A stretch of 64,000 bases of DNA from positions 47,988,001 to 48,052,000 of the forward strand of contig CM097885.1 of the NCBI GenBank assembly GCA_044892525.1, written 5' to 3'. The notes under the pieces are model-generated. The model ran no database searches. It saw only the letters and a list, made by a program, of their open reading frames with translations, and was not told where the DNA came from. A program made the position numbers and the translations under genes. Source of the stretch: Schmidtea polychroa (taxonomy: Eukaryota). Below are positions 1 through 11,873 of this stretch, one piece after another (positions within the stretch are counted from its first letter, which is position 1; the number at the start of each line of letters is the position of its first letter).

Positions 1-236
1 GGGTTTGATGTTTGAAGAGATTGAAAAACTATATCACCCCTACGATTTAAGTTTGCAATAGATCCTGAAGTTGGGGAGATTTTAAGTACATCGTTTTTCT
101 TGATTTCATGAGTAAATTCTTTATTATAATCAAGATTTAATTTATTTTTTTCTTGAATTTTTATATTATTCATTTTTATATATTAAAATTTACACACACA
201 AAATAGGATTAATTAAATATATTATGTAAGCCATTA

Positions 237-1247
237 TAGCGGAGTGGGAATAGGCTTCAATTTTATCACCGGGAGTACCGGGTTCAATTTTCGATTTTGG
301 TCAATTTTTTTCGATATTTTTTTTTCAATGGAATCTGATTCAGCGTACTGATTTTAGTATATATTTAAATTTTCAGATGGATCTGAGTGGTAGTTGTCGA
401 GAAAATGAATAATTAATTATTAATTTCATCAATAAATAGTCACACATTAACAACTTATTTTATATTGAGTATAGCTTAGTGGTAATAACACTCGACTGCA
501 TTGCCAATACCAATGGGTTCAAATTCCATTTCGGTCATTTTTTTTCAAATTTTTTTTAACGAAATATTGATCAGCATACTCGATTTAGTACTTGTACAAA
601 TTTTTAAGGTGATTGGTCAACGGCAACTCTTGGAAATTTAAGATCAAAAACGTTTTAACTACCAAAAATTAATATATCCAATAAAAAAATATTTATAAAA
701 ATGGATGAGTTAAAAGAAAGAATGAGAAATGAATTGAATGAAGTTAAACATAAGAGAATGAAAAGAAGAGAAGAAGAACCATTAGAATACATCAAAGAGT
801 TGATGGTAGATAATGAAAAGTATCGACATTTTTATATGAAGGCTGTAGATGTTGCTGATATAAGATTGAAGAAAATGAAACAATTACAGGAAAGAGTTAA
901 AGAACTTGAATCGATTATTTATAGTATAAAAAATGACAAAAAATCCAAACCTAGATAGCGCAGTGGGCTAGACTGACACAGTGGTTCAAAATGCAAGCGG
1001 TTCAAATCACATCTGAGGTTAGTTTTTTTTTCAACATAAAATAATATTAAAAATTTGAAAATAATATTGAAAATAGTGTGGGTATCTTATATTTATAAAG
1101 TACTTGTATATTTTATTTTATTTATTTTATTTTATATTATTTTTTTATAATTTAAAAATTAAAAAAATGACAAAAATTCAAACCTTGATGGCGCAGTGGG
1201 AATAGACTGGCACAGTGGTTCAAATCCTAACTACGGTTAGTTTTTTT
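237..1247 (+). repeat. Four tRNA-like Pol III promoter cassettes (A box, B box, T-run); not intact tRNAs
   Basis: A-box TRGCNNAGTGG at 237 (tagcggagtgg), 472 (tagcttagtgg), 956 (tagcgcagtgg) and 1189 (tggcgcagtgg). Each is followed by a B-box-like ggttcaa(a/t) and an oligo-T run. No convincing cloverleaf was found. Confidence 0.6.
701..958 (+). CDS. Hypothetical 85-aa charged, coiled-coil-like ORF, possibly repeat-derived
   Basis: ATG-initiated ORF rich in E/K/R with no recognisable domain; its TAG stop is the start of the third A box. Confidence 0.2.
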   Translation: MDELKERMRNELNEVKHKRMKRREEEPLEYIKELMVDNEKYRHFYMKAVDVADIRLKKMKQLQERVKELESIIYSIKNDKKSKPR

Positions 1248-1380
1248 TCAACATAAAATAATATTAAAAATTTGAAAATAATATTGAAAATAGTGTGGGT
1301 ATCTTATATTTATAAAGTAGTTGTATATTTTATTTATTTTTATTTTATTTTATTTTATTTTTTTATTAATTAATTATTTT
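928..1380. repeat. Tandem duplication of an about 235-bp unit containing a tRNA-like cassette and an AT-rich tail
   Basis: The block 'ggttagttttttttcaacataaaataatattaaaaatttgaaaataatattgaaaatagtgtgggtatcttatatttataaagta' occurs at about 1017 and about 1234. Confidence 0.85.
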
Positions 1381-2180
1381 TTAAACATAAATATGAAAAA
1401 AAAATATTGAAACGGGTGATGGTGGCGAACCGGTAATTATCGCCACCTGTCTTTCGAACACCACCGGATCGATCCCGGTAATGTGCACATTTATTTCTCA
1501 GTTGTTTTCGGACCTCTTTCGGATTCGCTTTCGAATTCATTTGTACTTTCGAGCAGCACGCTTAAAACGCCGTTGAAATCGACTTCGTGAGCGAGAAGCG
1601 AATAATAAGGCGTGCTGCTATTATCGGATTGATTCTGATGTATGAGTCTGGCCAGCTTGTATATTAGAAGAGATTTGATAAACGAAAGAGGTTGAAATGA
1701 TCCGGATCAAAAAAACTGTTGAGGGGACAGTGAAAAAAAAAAAAAAAATACCACTGTCCCCTCAGAGCAGTTTTACTATTTTTCATTTATTTTTTAATTT
1801 ATATAATTTAAAATCAATAATCTGATAAAGATCAACTCCGGAGTTTCATTGCGATCAGTAGTGTGTATATAGCCCTATCCCAAATAGCCCTCTAACTTTT
1901 TCATAATGCCATTTTCTTTTCTATTCTCTTTTTAGTTTGAAGCTTTTGAGTTTGAGGCTTTAAAGATTAAGGGTGGTTGTTGTTTAAAATATGGGGTTAA
2001 AATACTATAAAAACATAGGTTTTATGTTGTTTTTCTAATGGTTTAAGCGTAATGGAGGTATGTTTTTGTTGGGAGGGCTGTTTGGGTTGGGTATATAACC
2101 ACACTACTGGCAAAACTGCAAGTCTAAGCTCCAAACAAAGAAAATTAATTTCGCATAGGATCACCACATGTACATGCATA

Positions 2181-2204
2181 CGGGCCGTAGTTTGCCCACC
2201 CCTG
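2181..2204 (-). mobile_element. Isolated hAT (Charlie/MER1-type) terminus
   Basis: Reverse complement reads caggggtgggcaaactacggcccg, a typical Charlie-type end; no partner terminus seen. Confidence 0.55.
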
Positions 2205-2214
2205 CACTAGGTTA

Positions 2215-2800
2215 ATATGAAATTCCAATGAAGTTTGAGACATCTGTTGCTGGATGGAGAATATCGTTCATCTAGTACAGTGTTTCCCGAACTTGAACGT
2301 CGATGTCATTGGGCATGTCTTGGATCCGTCTCGAAATGGTGTTGTTAGATAAGGGAATTTTCTGCATCTGTTTTTCGAACTCAATTCCAAATATGACTTT
2401 CACTGCAATTGAAATTGCTGACAGAATCACATTTTCGTTTTCGATGTAAGCTTTCTTCTTTTTACACAAACGTTGAGCAATTTTATAGTTGGTAAGAGTT
2501 GCATTTTCTGGAACTTTGGTAAAAGTTTTCATCTCTTTAGATTGGCTCTTACTTTGGATGCGAAGTTCTTCAAAGTAGGCTTAAGGTTTGGTAACCAGAG
2601 CTGACTTTTTCACATCAAGACGTAGTTTCAGCTTGCTCGGAGCCACTGATGAATTCTGCAACCTTTTGTTGCATACTAAGCATAAAGACGACTCTCCATC
2701 TGGAGTACAAAGTATCTTCGTTTCTTCTTGACAGACGCAGCAGAAGTCGGTTTACTGTCCGCATTATCCGAGTTTATGAATCATTTATCCATTAACCAAA
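2215..2800 (-). pseudogene. Degraded Buster/Charlie-type (SCAND3/ZBED5-like) hAT transposase, N-terminal part
   Basis: ORF 2272-2532 contains '...IPLSNNTISRRIQDM..DI'; surrounding frames carry stops and frameshifts. Confidence 0.8.
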
Positions 2801-3804
2801 TTCGAAATTTTTTTGTTAAAAACTAATTTTTAACTTACAACGAGGAATAAATATTAATTCAGTATTACATTTATTAACCCGTTTCGATGAGTTTATTGAA
2901 TTGGAAGTAGATTAATTGAGAAATGACTACTATCTCTCCATCGACAAAGGCACTTAATTACGGATAAGTCAATTTACTTCCTAATACAGTAATTATATTG
3001 TTCTAACATGAATTTTATTATGACCAATCTTTCGCGATTTTTAGATGAATTTGACTAAAATTAATAACGTACATTACATGATAAAAGCCCGAAAAGACGA
3101 AGAATACGGAGTCGAGTAAGGAAGGAAGCCTGGTGTCGAGGGACACAGCGCCAAAGATTGCCAAGGGAATGGAGTTGGATGAGACTACTGGGGGCCATGT
3201 CTAATTTTTTTCCGATATATTAAATACGTACCGAATAAATATTAATTAAAATTATGTTTTACATGACTTTCGGTAGTTAACAAATTAAATAAAACTAAGG
3301 GACAATTATATAAATCGGAAACAGGTCATCCATCTACAATCCCTGAACCCTTGAGAATGTTCGCTAATTATAGTTTACCAGATTAAACTCACTTTTTACA
3401 AACATTCATCTTTTTAATATATTACTGTATTCTGAGTAATTCCGGAAATAGCACGATAGCCCACCAGTATCAAATATTTCTGTCAAGTTTTGATCAACTG
3501 CTTCTTTTTGATTAATAGAAATTTATCCAATGAGTAATCTTTGATTAATAATGATTTCTTGAATAAAAAATTATGATATTTTTAAAACATTTAAAGACAA
3601 TTAAACATTAAAACAAACAACAATTCATCTATTTTTTAATATTTAATTTTTTTTACAATAAAATTTAAGAACTAGACTTAGTTGTTGACAATTAAGATCT
3701 AAGAACTACCTTTCTAATTTTATATTAAATACTCAATGAGAATTTAAATTAATTTATGTTCTTTGGTGAATAATTTTGTGCCTCCAAATGGGAAACCTCT
3801 GAAA

Positions 3805-4139
3805 CAATGTTCCTTCTAAGCCATAAGCAGCAGTGCGCGCAAGGTCAGCTGCGCTGAGCAGCCTTTAAATACAAATGAGCGTCAAAATGTTATAACGTGG
3901 TTGTAAGAGTTTTAAAACGACACTACTGAAATATACCGTCATTATGCATCTGGTTATTAACATTGAAAATTTTTAAATATTCAAAATGAACCACATAATA
4001 ATATTGAGTATCAAAAATTCGTAATGTTTTATAATAAATATGTTAATTGGAAGGTGAAAATAAAATAAAAAATAAGGTATACTGTGCTGAAAATAATTTT
4101 GCTGCACTGGGGTGTTGGAGGTGCTTAGAGGGAACGTTG
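3805..4139. mobile_element. Non-autonomous hAT MITE
   Basis: Imperfect TIRs caatgttccttctaag / cttagagggaacgttg; perfect 8-bp TSD ctctgaaa at 3797-3804 and 4140-4147. Confidence 0.85.
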
Positions 4140-4251
4140 CTCTGAAACTGGGTTGAAATATATTGGCATGTGTATTACATATAATTTACGATTCAAAATT
4201 AAACATATAAGTATTTCCGAAAAGCTTTTGTGATAATTATCTTTATATTAG

Positions 4252-4366
4252 GTCCTACCAAGTATAAACCAGCAATCTTCCTCTGCTGTCTGCTCAATTA
4301 TTCAAGAATTGAAAGATTTCGCCAACGGTCACGGAATTGAACTTTTATCTCATAATGATGACAATC
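4252..4366 (+). CDS. Candidate orphan exon (VLPSINQQSSSAVCSIIQELKDFANGHGIELLSHNDDN)
   Basis: Open 115-nt frame bounded by ttatattAG and GTtagt, with higher GC than its flanks; partner exons not identified. Confidence 0.3.
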
Positions 4367-5599
4367 GTTAGTTTTAATATTATCTTTCTATTGCACCGTT
4401 CGATGCAGTAAAATTATAACATATTTTTTCACAGAATTATAAATATTTTTTAACTTATGCTAAAGTTGAGTGAATTAATTAAACATTAACTTATTGAATT
4501 TAAAATGGAAAAATCAAAATTTAAAGTTTAATTAAAAACTGTTAAGGCCATTAATCTCCGCGATTTTGAAAACAAAATTCACCGTTTGACAAGAGGAATT
4601 AAAAAAAACATTTAATTTATTGTTTAGGAAATTGTTAGTTTAAATTCTGCTGAGAATTTTCAAAATAAAGTTGTTTAAAAATCCTCAGATCAGCAACTTT
4701 TAAATATCAGAAGTTAGTTAATAAAAAAAGTATTTTATCAGTGGCGTGCCTAAGACAATTATAAAAATTATAATAGAAATATTTATATTTTGAAAAATTA
4801 TCGAAAACTAGAAATTCCAAATAGGCTATTTCAAATAAGTTCAATTTACACTATTCAATTCACATGTGTTTATAGTTCATGAGTTCTTATGTGATCACAT
4901 TTTATGCATCAAGCTTTATGTTTTAACACGTCAAAAAATCATAATTAAGAACCCATGAAGTAGGTCATTTATTCAAGCAACATTGAAAGTTAACATCTTA
5001 ATTTATTTTAAACCATCATCCTCACCTTTGTATTACCTTTTGTTTGATATATATATTATAAGGTTTGAAAAAATTCGGTTTTTGACACTTTGAAGGTCTA
5101 GGACCCACCATACACCTTCGAGGGTATGGCCATTGGATAGACCTATTTAAGACCTTTTGAATGATACCCTTGGTTGAAGGTTTGACCTTTGGAAATTCAA
5201 ATTTGAAATGAGACATCGATGAATCATTGTCTTTCTTCTATGGGGAGGGGGTATGTATGACTCATATGTCTTTGTTTAACGATGTTTCATGGAGCACACT
5301 TCCTCCTACTATAGTATAAATTCGAAGCTGCAAAAAAAATATTAATTTATATTGATGAAATAATAAAACTGCCATCTAAAAAAATGAATAATTGCTTCAG
5401 ACATTCCAATTTAATACAAATATTAATTTAATAATTAAATTACAAATGCATTATTAAATTGAATAACAATCGAAATTTATTTAAATAAAGGAGACATCCT
5501 TTTTACAGTTTTTTCAATAACACACTTAATTCTGAAACTTGCAATCACTAATTTTATTATCATAAAACATTCAATATTCAAAAACTTCGATAATTGCGA

Positions 5600-6400
5600 T
5601 TCTCGTTCAAAATAGATTATGACTCAGTTCTATCAAATGGACCTCAGAATATCAACGGATTCAACCAACATATGTTTTGGAATGTTCATCATCATCTAGC
5701 TAATCTACTTGATTTTTTCGTCGTCGAATCCCATATATTTTAGACTTTACAGAAATTAATAAACTGCTGCAAAACAGATTACATTTCGGTTCTATCAAAT
5801 TGAACTCGCGACATCTACAAATTATCTAACAAATACTTTGGAATGTTTTTTATCATCAGGATAATCGGCTGGATATATCTTGTCAACCATCCCGGTATAC
5901 TTAATGGATCAACAGAAGTTAATCAACTCACTGTTCAACCAAATATCAGTTCTGTCTAGTTCACTGACATCGAAGTAGATCAAATGTTTTAGCGTATATA
6001 TGCAACTGATCACCAAGAAACTATCTGTACAAAAAAAACTTTGGAGATTTCTTTTATTTATTACTCGTCTCTGCATTAAATATTGTGGGGATTTTATCAT
6101 AATTCAATGTTACTACAGTAACAAGTTTCTAATTTATTAAGTATATTTGTGTACAAATTATTGTCAAATTTTCATTTCGTTCAAATCTTTCCACCAACAC
6201 ATTTTGAACTTTCCTTACTTGTTAAAGTCTTATTTCTTCATATACATAATAGCTAAAAAACTGAAGTGCATTACTGAAAAGTGAATCCAATTGTTTTTGG
6301 TGTCCATACGCATAATGCAGTAAACAAATAGAGAAAATTTATTTCAATAGAGCCAGAAGTTAAATGCAGAATAAATAGTATGAATTTTTTAATATAACAT
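5600..6400 (-). pseudogene. Polinton/Maverick protein-primed DNA polymerase B relic, C-terminal part
   Basis: Broken frames read PKTIGFT (cf. KPIYVGF), FCTDSFLV (cf. YTDTDS motif), DYPDDKKHSKVF and EFNLIEPK (cf. EFVGLRPK) in the expected order. Confidence 0.6.
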
Positions 6401-6699
6401 TGCATTTAATAGAAATAGAAACAAAATATTGAATAATTATATAAGTTAATCAATAATGCACAGTGAATTAATCCATTTTGGTTCTAAGAAAACAAAACTG
6501 ATAAAAGAGCAGTGTGACAAAGTGCAATCTTAATAGGACATATACAATATTTAGCTAAAATATCACAACGTCTCGTAAATATAAGAATCTACTGTTAATT
6601 ATTACTGTTAAAATTATTACTTTCATATAAACTTAAAAAAATACTTCAATGTCCAGTTGTTGATTAGAACTTTAATCAAAACTATTTTTGTTTTCGCTT

Positions 6700-7600
6700 C
6701 CCCACTAAATCGAAACAGGCATTATTTCTAAAATTGTCCTATCGACTTCATTTTAACCACTAATTGAAAGTCAAAGAAAAATATTGTAAATAGAGCTAAT
6801 CATTTCAATATTTATTAATTCAATTTGTAACAAATGTTGGCGATACCAGAATAACTGTCAAATTCATAATGAATATTTATTTGCTTGTATAGTAGACTCT
6901 GCCAAACATTTTACTACGATGGAACATTTTTAGATGAATAAAGTTTAAATCTGCAATTATATCTTATTTTTCTTTTCATGAATGAGAGTTTAAAAATTAT
7001 TATCCTGAAAACTAAGACAATTGAATCCGCAATCACTTTTTATATAATCTTCAAACAAAACTTAACAAATTTTCAGGAAGATCTAATAGAACTTTCACAG
7101 ATGAGGGCTTAAAATTACAATTAAAAAATACATTATTAATCAGCACGAGTCATCTTCAAATTTCGTTTTTTCAACACCACTTATAGTTATAGTAAATTGT
7201 TCGATTGTATTATCTTCTTTAAATTTTGGTAAGCTTTTTCAACAATGATCCCTTTCATTTGTTGATTTTAATCCAAAATTATTAACATGTTCAATACCTG
7301 GAACGTAATTATATAATGTACCATTAATATAAAATTCCACATCATTTCTAGTATCAGTAATGTAATTCATTGGAAATACTTCTTCAAATGCCACGAATTC
7401 AATTACCGTCTGAGTCGATCAAATATACACCTTTCATCCGTTTTTTATATGCGATGACCGGTGTTTTCTACGTTTTGGAGCCGGGACATGAGTGGTTGCT
7501 GGTTATATCTTTTTGAAACATACCCCCAATATCGGGTGAAACTTTCCCTAGTTCTGATAAAGCATTTGTTTTTAGGGTTAGTAATATCTTTTTATCATTC
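6700..7600 (-). pseudogene. Polinton/adintovirus basic core-like ORF end plus major capsid (hexon-like) relic
   Basis: 7415 to 7239 reads TQTVIEFVAFEEVFPMNYITDTRNDVEFYING, resembling the PTQT..E..P...ITD...IEF.I.G N-terminus of Maverick major capsid proteins; it is preceded by a basic tail (PAPKRRKHRSS). Confidence 0.5.
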
Positions 7601-7807
7601 ATAATTATGAATAAACAATATAGAAATAAGTATACGCGATGATTCAGGTAAATTAATCAAATTTGCAAAAGATTCAAAAACTCATTTAATATTGGTAGAT
7701 TTGCACTCCCAATTCCTATACGTTTAAGATTAGAGAGTGCAAATCTAGCAATGTCAAATGAGTTTTTGAATCTTTTGCGAATTCGATATATTTACCTCAA
7801 TCATCGC

Positions 7808-10593
7808 CAGGGCCGGCGCCAGCTTATATATCGCCCTAGGTAAAATTTATTAAAACGCCCCCTTTCACATAAATTAATAAAAAAATAAATATATAAGAAA
7901 ACAATAAATTTAAAGTGACATATTAATTTATTATCAATTGCATAAACGTTACAAAATTAAAATTTAATTTTTCTTGCCTTCTTCCTCGCAAAAGTTTCTA
8001 CTAATTCCTTCAATTCCAATGTCGAAGCGTAATTACATTCTATTGAAATCGTTGCTAAGTCCACAAGTGTGCTTTGCGACATAGTTGAAAGCAAGTAACT
8101 TTTAATTAATTTCAATTTTGAAAAACTGCGTTCTATACTAGCCACGGACACTGCAAGTGTTAATAATATTCTCAAGTAAACAACAACATTTGGTACACAA
8201 TTTTCAAATTTGATGATGACATAGGCTTTGGAAGCCTTTGATCTACTACTTGAAGCTCATTACAAAGATCATAGGCATCAATATCTTTATTATCTTTATG
8301 AATCAAAGACGTTTCTAAATGTTTGCAGTCAATAAGTATATCCGCAGATGTCTTTTTGTTGATATTCGATATATCATAAAGGAAGCCAAATAAAATATCA
8401 TGTTGTTCTAATTGTTGGAACTTCTCTTCAATAGACTGTATAGCCATGTCCAAGATAGTGTAGTAAAATTCTACTTTGAATTTATGTTTAGGATCTTGTG
8501 GTGCCTCGTCTTGAGCTCCATATTCAAACTGCCGTTTATGTCTCCTTCTTCTACATTCATCGGGTTCAAATTTCGCTTGTGTTTCTAATTCCTTTGCAAT
8601 CTCGGCAGCATTAATTAAAACTTGTTCAAAACCATTATCACTCCTACATTTTAAGAGGTGATTCTTAGTCACTTAAAGTTGTTTTGTAGCTGAATTTATA
8701 GCAAAATCTTCTTTTTGTAGTATTTAGCTTGTAACATTCACTTAATTAAGAATGTTGTACCGTGTGACAAGGGATACCATAAACTTGAATTTACAAATTG
8801 CATCAGCAAGAGCCTTTGCGTCCGTTCGTGAAGTATTACCAGATGAATTATTTAGTCTTGGGTCATCAAAAATCTTCATTAAAGCATCATATATCGCACC
8901 AAGCTGATACCTTATAGGCTTCACAGCATCAATCCTACTTTCCAATCTTGTTTCGCTAAATGGTTTTACTGTTAAATTCACGATATGGCTAGTAAACACA
9001 TGCCAACGTTAAGTCGATGCAGAGAAGTAATTATAAATCTGTTGAAATAAACTGAAGAAATTAGTCGCTTCTAGGCAACATTTAGAGGCATCATTGACAA
9101 CTAAGTTTAAAGAATGTGCATTGCAGGGAATATAAAAGGCTCGCGGGTGTATGTGTAGAATTCTGCATTGTACACATTTTTCTTTTCCTTTCATATTTCT
9201 TCCATTATCATACCCTTGCCCACGGAGATTTTCAATTTATAATTCCATTTGCTCTAGCTTTTTAATCAAAATTTCTGTTATGAATGCCCCAGTAGTTTCT
9301 TCTAATGGATCAAATCCTAGGAAATGTTCTCTTATTATTACTGCAGGATCGAATATCTCACCATCTAATAGTTTGATAATATTAACAAAACGTATAATCA
9401 TAGTCATTTGTTCAATATGACTAATGTCTGGTGTGCAATCCAAAATAATTGAGTAATATTTTGCCGATTTCACAAGTGACAAAATTTTATTCTTAATAGG
9501 TCCTGTTAGAATCTGCATAAGTTCATTTTGAATATCTTTTCCCAGATAATGTACCATAATGTCTTGATTTTTGACTCTGGGCAAATGTTCGTTCATTATA
9601 GGGTCAAAGAGGGGTAGATATTCTACAAACTCTAAAAAATTACCGTTGTTGTTATTATACAACTTTTCATTTGTTCCACGAAATGCTAAGTTTTGAGTGG
9701 CAAGTACTCTGATCAAAGCGATCAAACGTTCCAAAATTTGCCGCCAATATTGTTCTTCTTCTTTGATATTCTGCTGGTTAATATTACCAATTGTTTTTTC
9801 TTTGGATATACGCACATCAAGTTCTTTCCGCGTCTGAAAGTTGTCTAAATGGAAAGTATTCCTTTCATGTGAAGATAGAATTGCTCCAATATTTTTCCAG
9901 TCTTTTGATCCATATTTTTCTAGGATTGACGAGCTGTTTTGGTTAAATAACTTGCAGAAAAAACAAAAAACCGCATCTTTTAAAGTTGTATATATCAATC
10001 ATGAATGGTATACTTCTTCACCATTGGCTAGTTTTCTCTTATATTGAATTGAAGAAAATTTCGATTTTTCATTACAATAGTCAGGCCGGTTTCCTGGGTC
10101 ATTGTAATCTACAAAATAAATCGTGCCACTGGTACTGGATTTAATTTCATGTGAGCATTTGTTTTGCATCATAATATCAAACTCTGAAAAACCTTCTTCT
10201 CTTTTATTTATTTATCAGTAAACTATAACTGTTGTGTGTTTACTGCGACTGTTTGTATTTCGTTGTGTGCGATAAAAATGGTGATACACAAACAATAACA
10301 TCGAAAATTATGTTTTCCGAGAACGGTTCTCGGCAGAATTTAAAATCAAAATTGCACGTGTTTTAGAACGCCACGTCATGCGCTGGAGCGATCTCTAAAT
10401 CAACATTAAAATAAGATAACCATCTGCAATGTTCGAAATTAAAAGATCTATATTAAATAGAATAATTATCTTATTATATTACCCTGTGTCTATAGTTGAA
10501 TATAATATAATCAAAGTTATTAATTAATAGTTATTTTTTAACAATGGCGATTAAACAACCGCCTAGTTCGCCTTAATGGTAGTGCCGGCTCTG
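7808..10593 (-). mobile_element. Full-length hAT element (ZMYM1-like / Tip100-type transposase), pseudogenised
   Basis: TIRs cagggccggcgcca / tagtgccggctctg; perfect 8-bp TSD atcatcgc at 7800-7807 and 10594-10601. Fragmented ORFs 9237-9998, 9009-9194, 8742-8999, 8172-8672 and 7957-8175 carry FCFFC (TTF zinc finger), LDCTPDISH and SVASIERSFSKLKLIK (hATC dimerisation) motifs. Confidence 0.93.
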
Positions 10594-10601
10594 ATCATCG
10601 C

Positions 10602-10908
10602 ATATATTTATTTCTATATTGTTTATTGAAACAGTTAAATACATGGAATTTTCTAAAGTAATTTGTATAACTTCATCTTGTAGAGATTTTTCAACATATA
10701 TTGATTTCAATAAAAGAACACTAGAATCTCCAACAATGTCGGGTTCAATAATATTACTGTAAATTAACATTTGCTGATGAAGTTTAATTATTTTCGGTTT
10801 CGCTATACCCTCACAAACTTTAGCATTTTGAAAAACTGTTTCTTTTGATAATCCCAATGTTTTTGTTAAATTTCCATCAAATTTGACATTACTAATTTCG
10901 TGTTTCAA
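10602..10908 (-). pseudogene. Polinton/adintovirus minor capsid (penton)-like gene interrupted by the hAT; 3' end continues at 7807 to about 7730
   Basis: IYSNIIEPDIVGDSSVLLLK...INNIEINICDD; after removing the hAT and one TSD the frame continues *GKYIEFAKDSKTHLTL, matching the IYSDIVEPQIVGD...IEIDIRDD.G..I.F pattern of Maverick minor capsid proteins. Confidence 0.55.
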
Positions 10909-11378
10909 TTCGAATTTAAAAAAACTGATCTTTTTAAATTCTATATATTAAAAATATGCGAACAATTTTGAAATAGATAAACCTGTAACTGATTAATGTG
11001 TTGGAACGCCATTAGGTCGATTCATCACTAACATGTACCTAGGGGATGAATGTCTCCTACCATCGCATAAATTCCCAGATGTCGTACTCTAATTGGACTC
11101 CAAATGATCATTCTTAACGACAAGGTACCCATGATTTGCATAGAAGGATTTACGATAGAAGGATTTACCTTACACATGTTGTAAAAATTGCCTAACTCTA
11201 ACAGATTTCTAATAAGTTCCTCGAGCTTTTGTCGGGAAAACATTTCCACTGAACATCAGGTGCACTATCAAAGAAAAATTGAAAAATATCAGAAACAAAA
11301 AAAATTATTTAAATTATAGTATCGACATTTAAGAAACAGTCAGAGTTTGATCTCAACAGAAACGAAATCAAAATCAAT

Positions 11379-11873
11379 TCACATTGATGATATCTTTGTT
11401 GGGTCTATTTCCCAGAAACTACTGGCTTCGGCCTCCACTAAAAAAGTATCCAGATCGAATGAATTGCTGAAATCTTCTTCCCACGGGGTATCCGTGGATG
11501 GCATGATAAGGAACTTGTCTGGCTGGTTAGTACTCATCGCGTCAATTACATCGGTGGCTGTCTTGGAACTATTGGCCGCCATCTGTGCTTCGGCCTCTAC
11601 TTGCCTTGTTTCCCTTTCGTTTTGGCTTCCCCGTAGCAACCGGTGGGTTGCTTGCAGTCGGCTGTTGGACGGGCTTTGGTGGTACTCGACTAGTACCTGG
11701 ATGACAATCTCCGAGGTAGCGGGAGAGAGAGCGGTCTCCACGCACCTTTTACAGGCCGATTCCGACGTCATACTCGGGTAACTCGGACGACGGTAGTGTG
11801 CAGGATAGACATTATCTACTTCCGCAATTGGGATACTGACAATCTTCCGGGTGACTGCTGATTGAACGTACAC
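11379..11873 (-). CDS. Unassigned 164-aa ORF fragment in a GC-richer island, probably mobile-element derived
   Basis: Open frame with higher GC and an acidic C-terminus; the upstream continuation to about 12400 is broken by stops; no domain recognised. Confidence 0.3.
   Translation of the reverse strand: MYVQSAVTRKIVSIPIAEVDNVYPAHYRRPSYPSMTSESACKRCVETALSPATSEIVIQVLVEYHQSPSNSRLQATHRLLRGSQNERETRQVEAEAQMAANSSKTATDVIDAMSTNQPDKFLIMPSTDTPWEEDFSNSFDLDTFLVEAEASSFWEIDPTKISSM

Noticed and set aside
237-1247. Functional tRNA genes
   Set aside because: A and B boxes are present, but acceptor and anticodon stems cannot be paired consistently and spacing varies.
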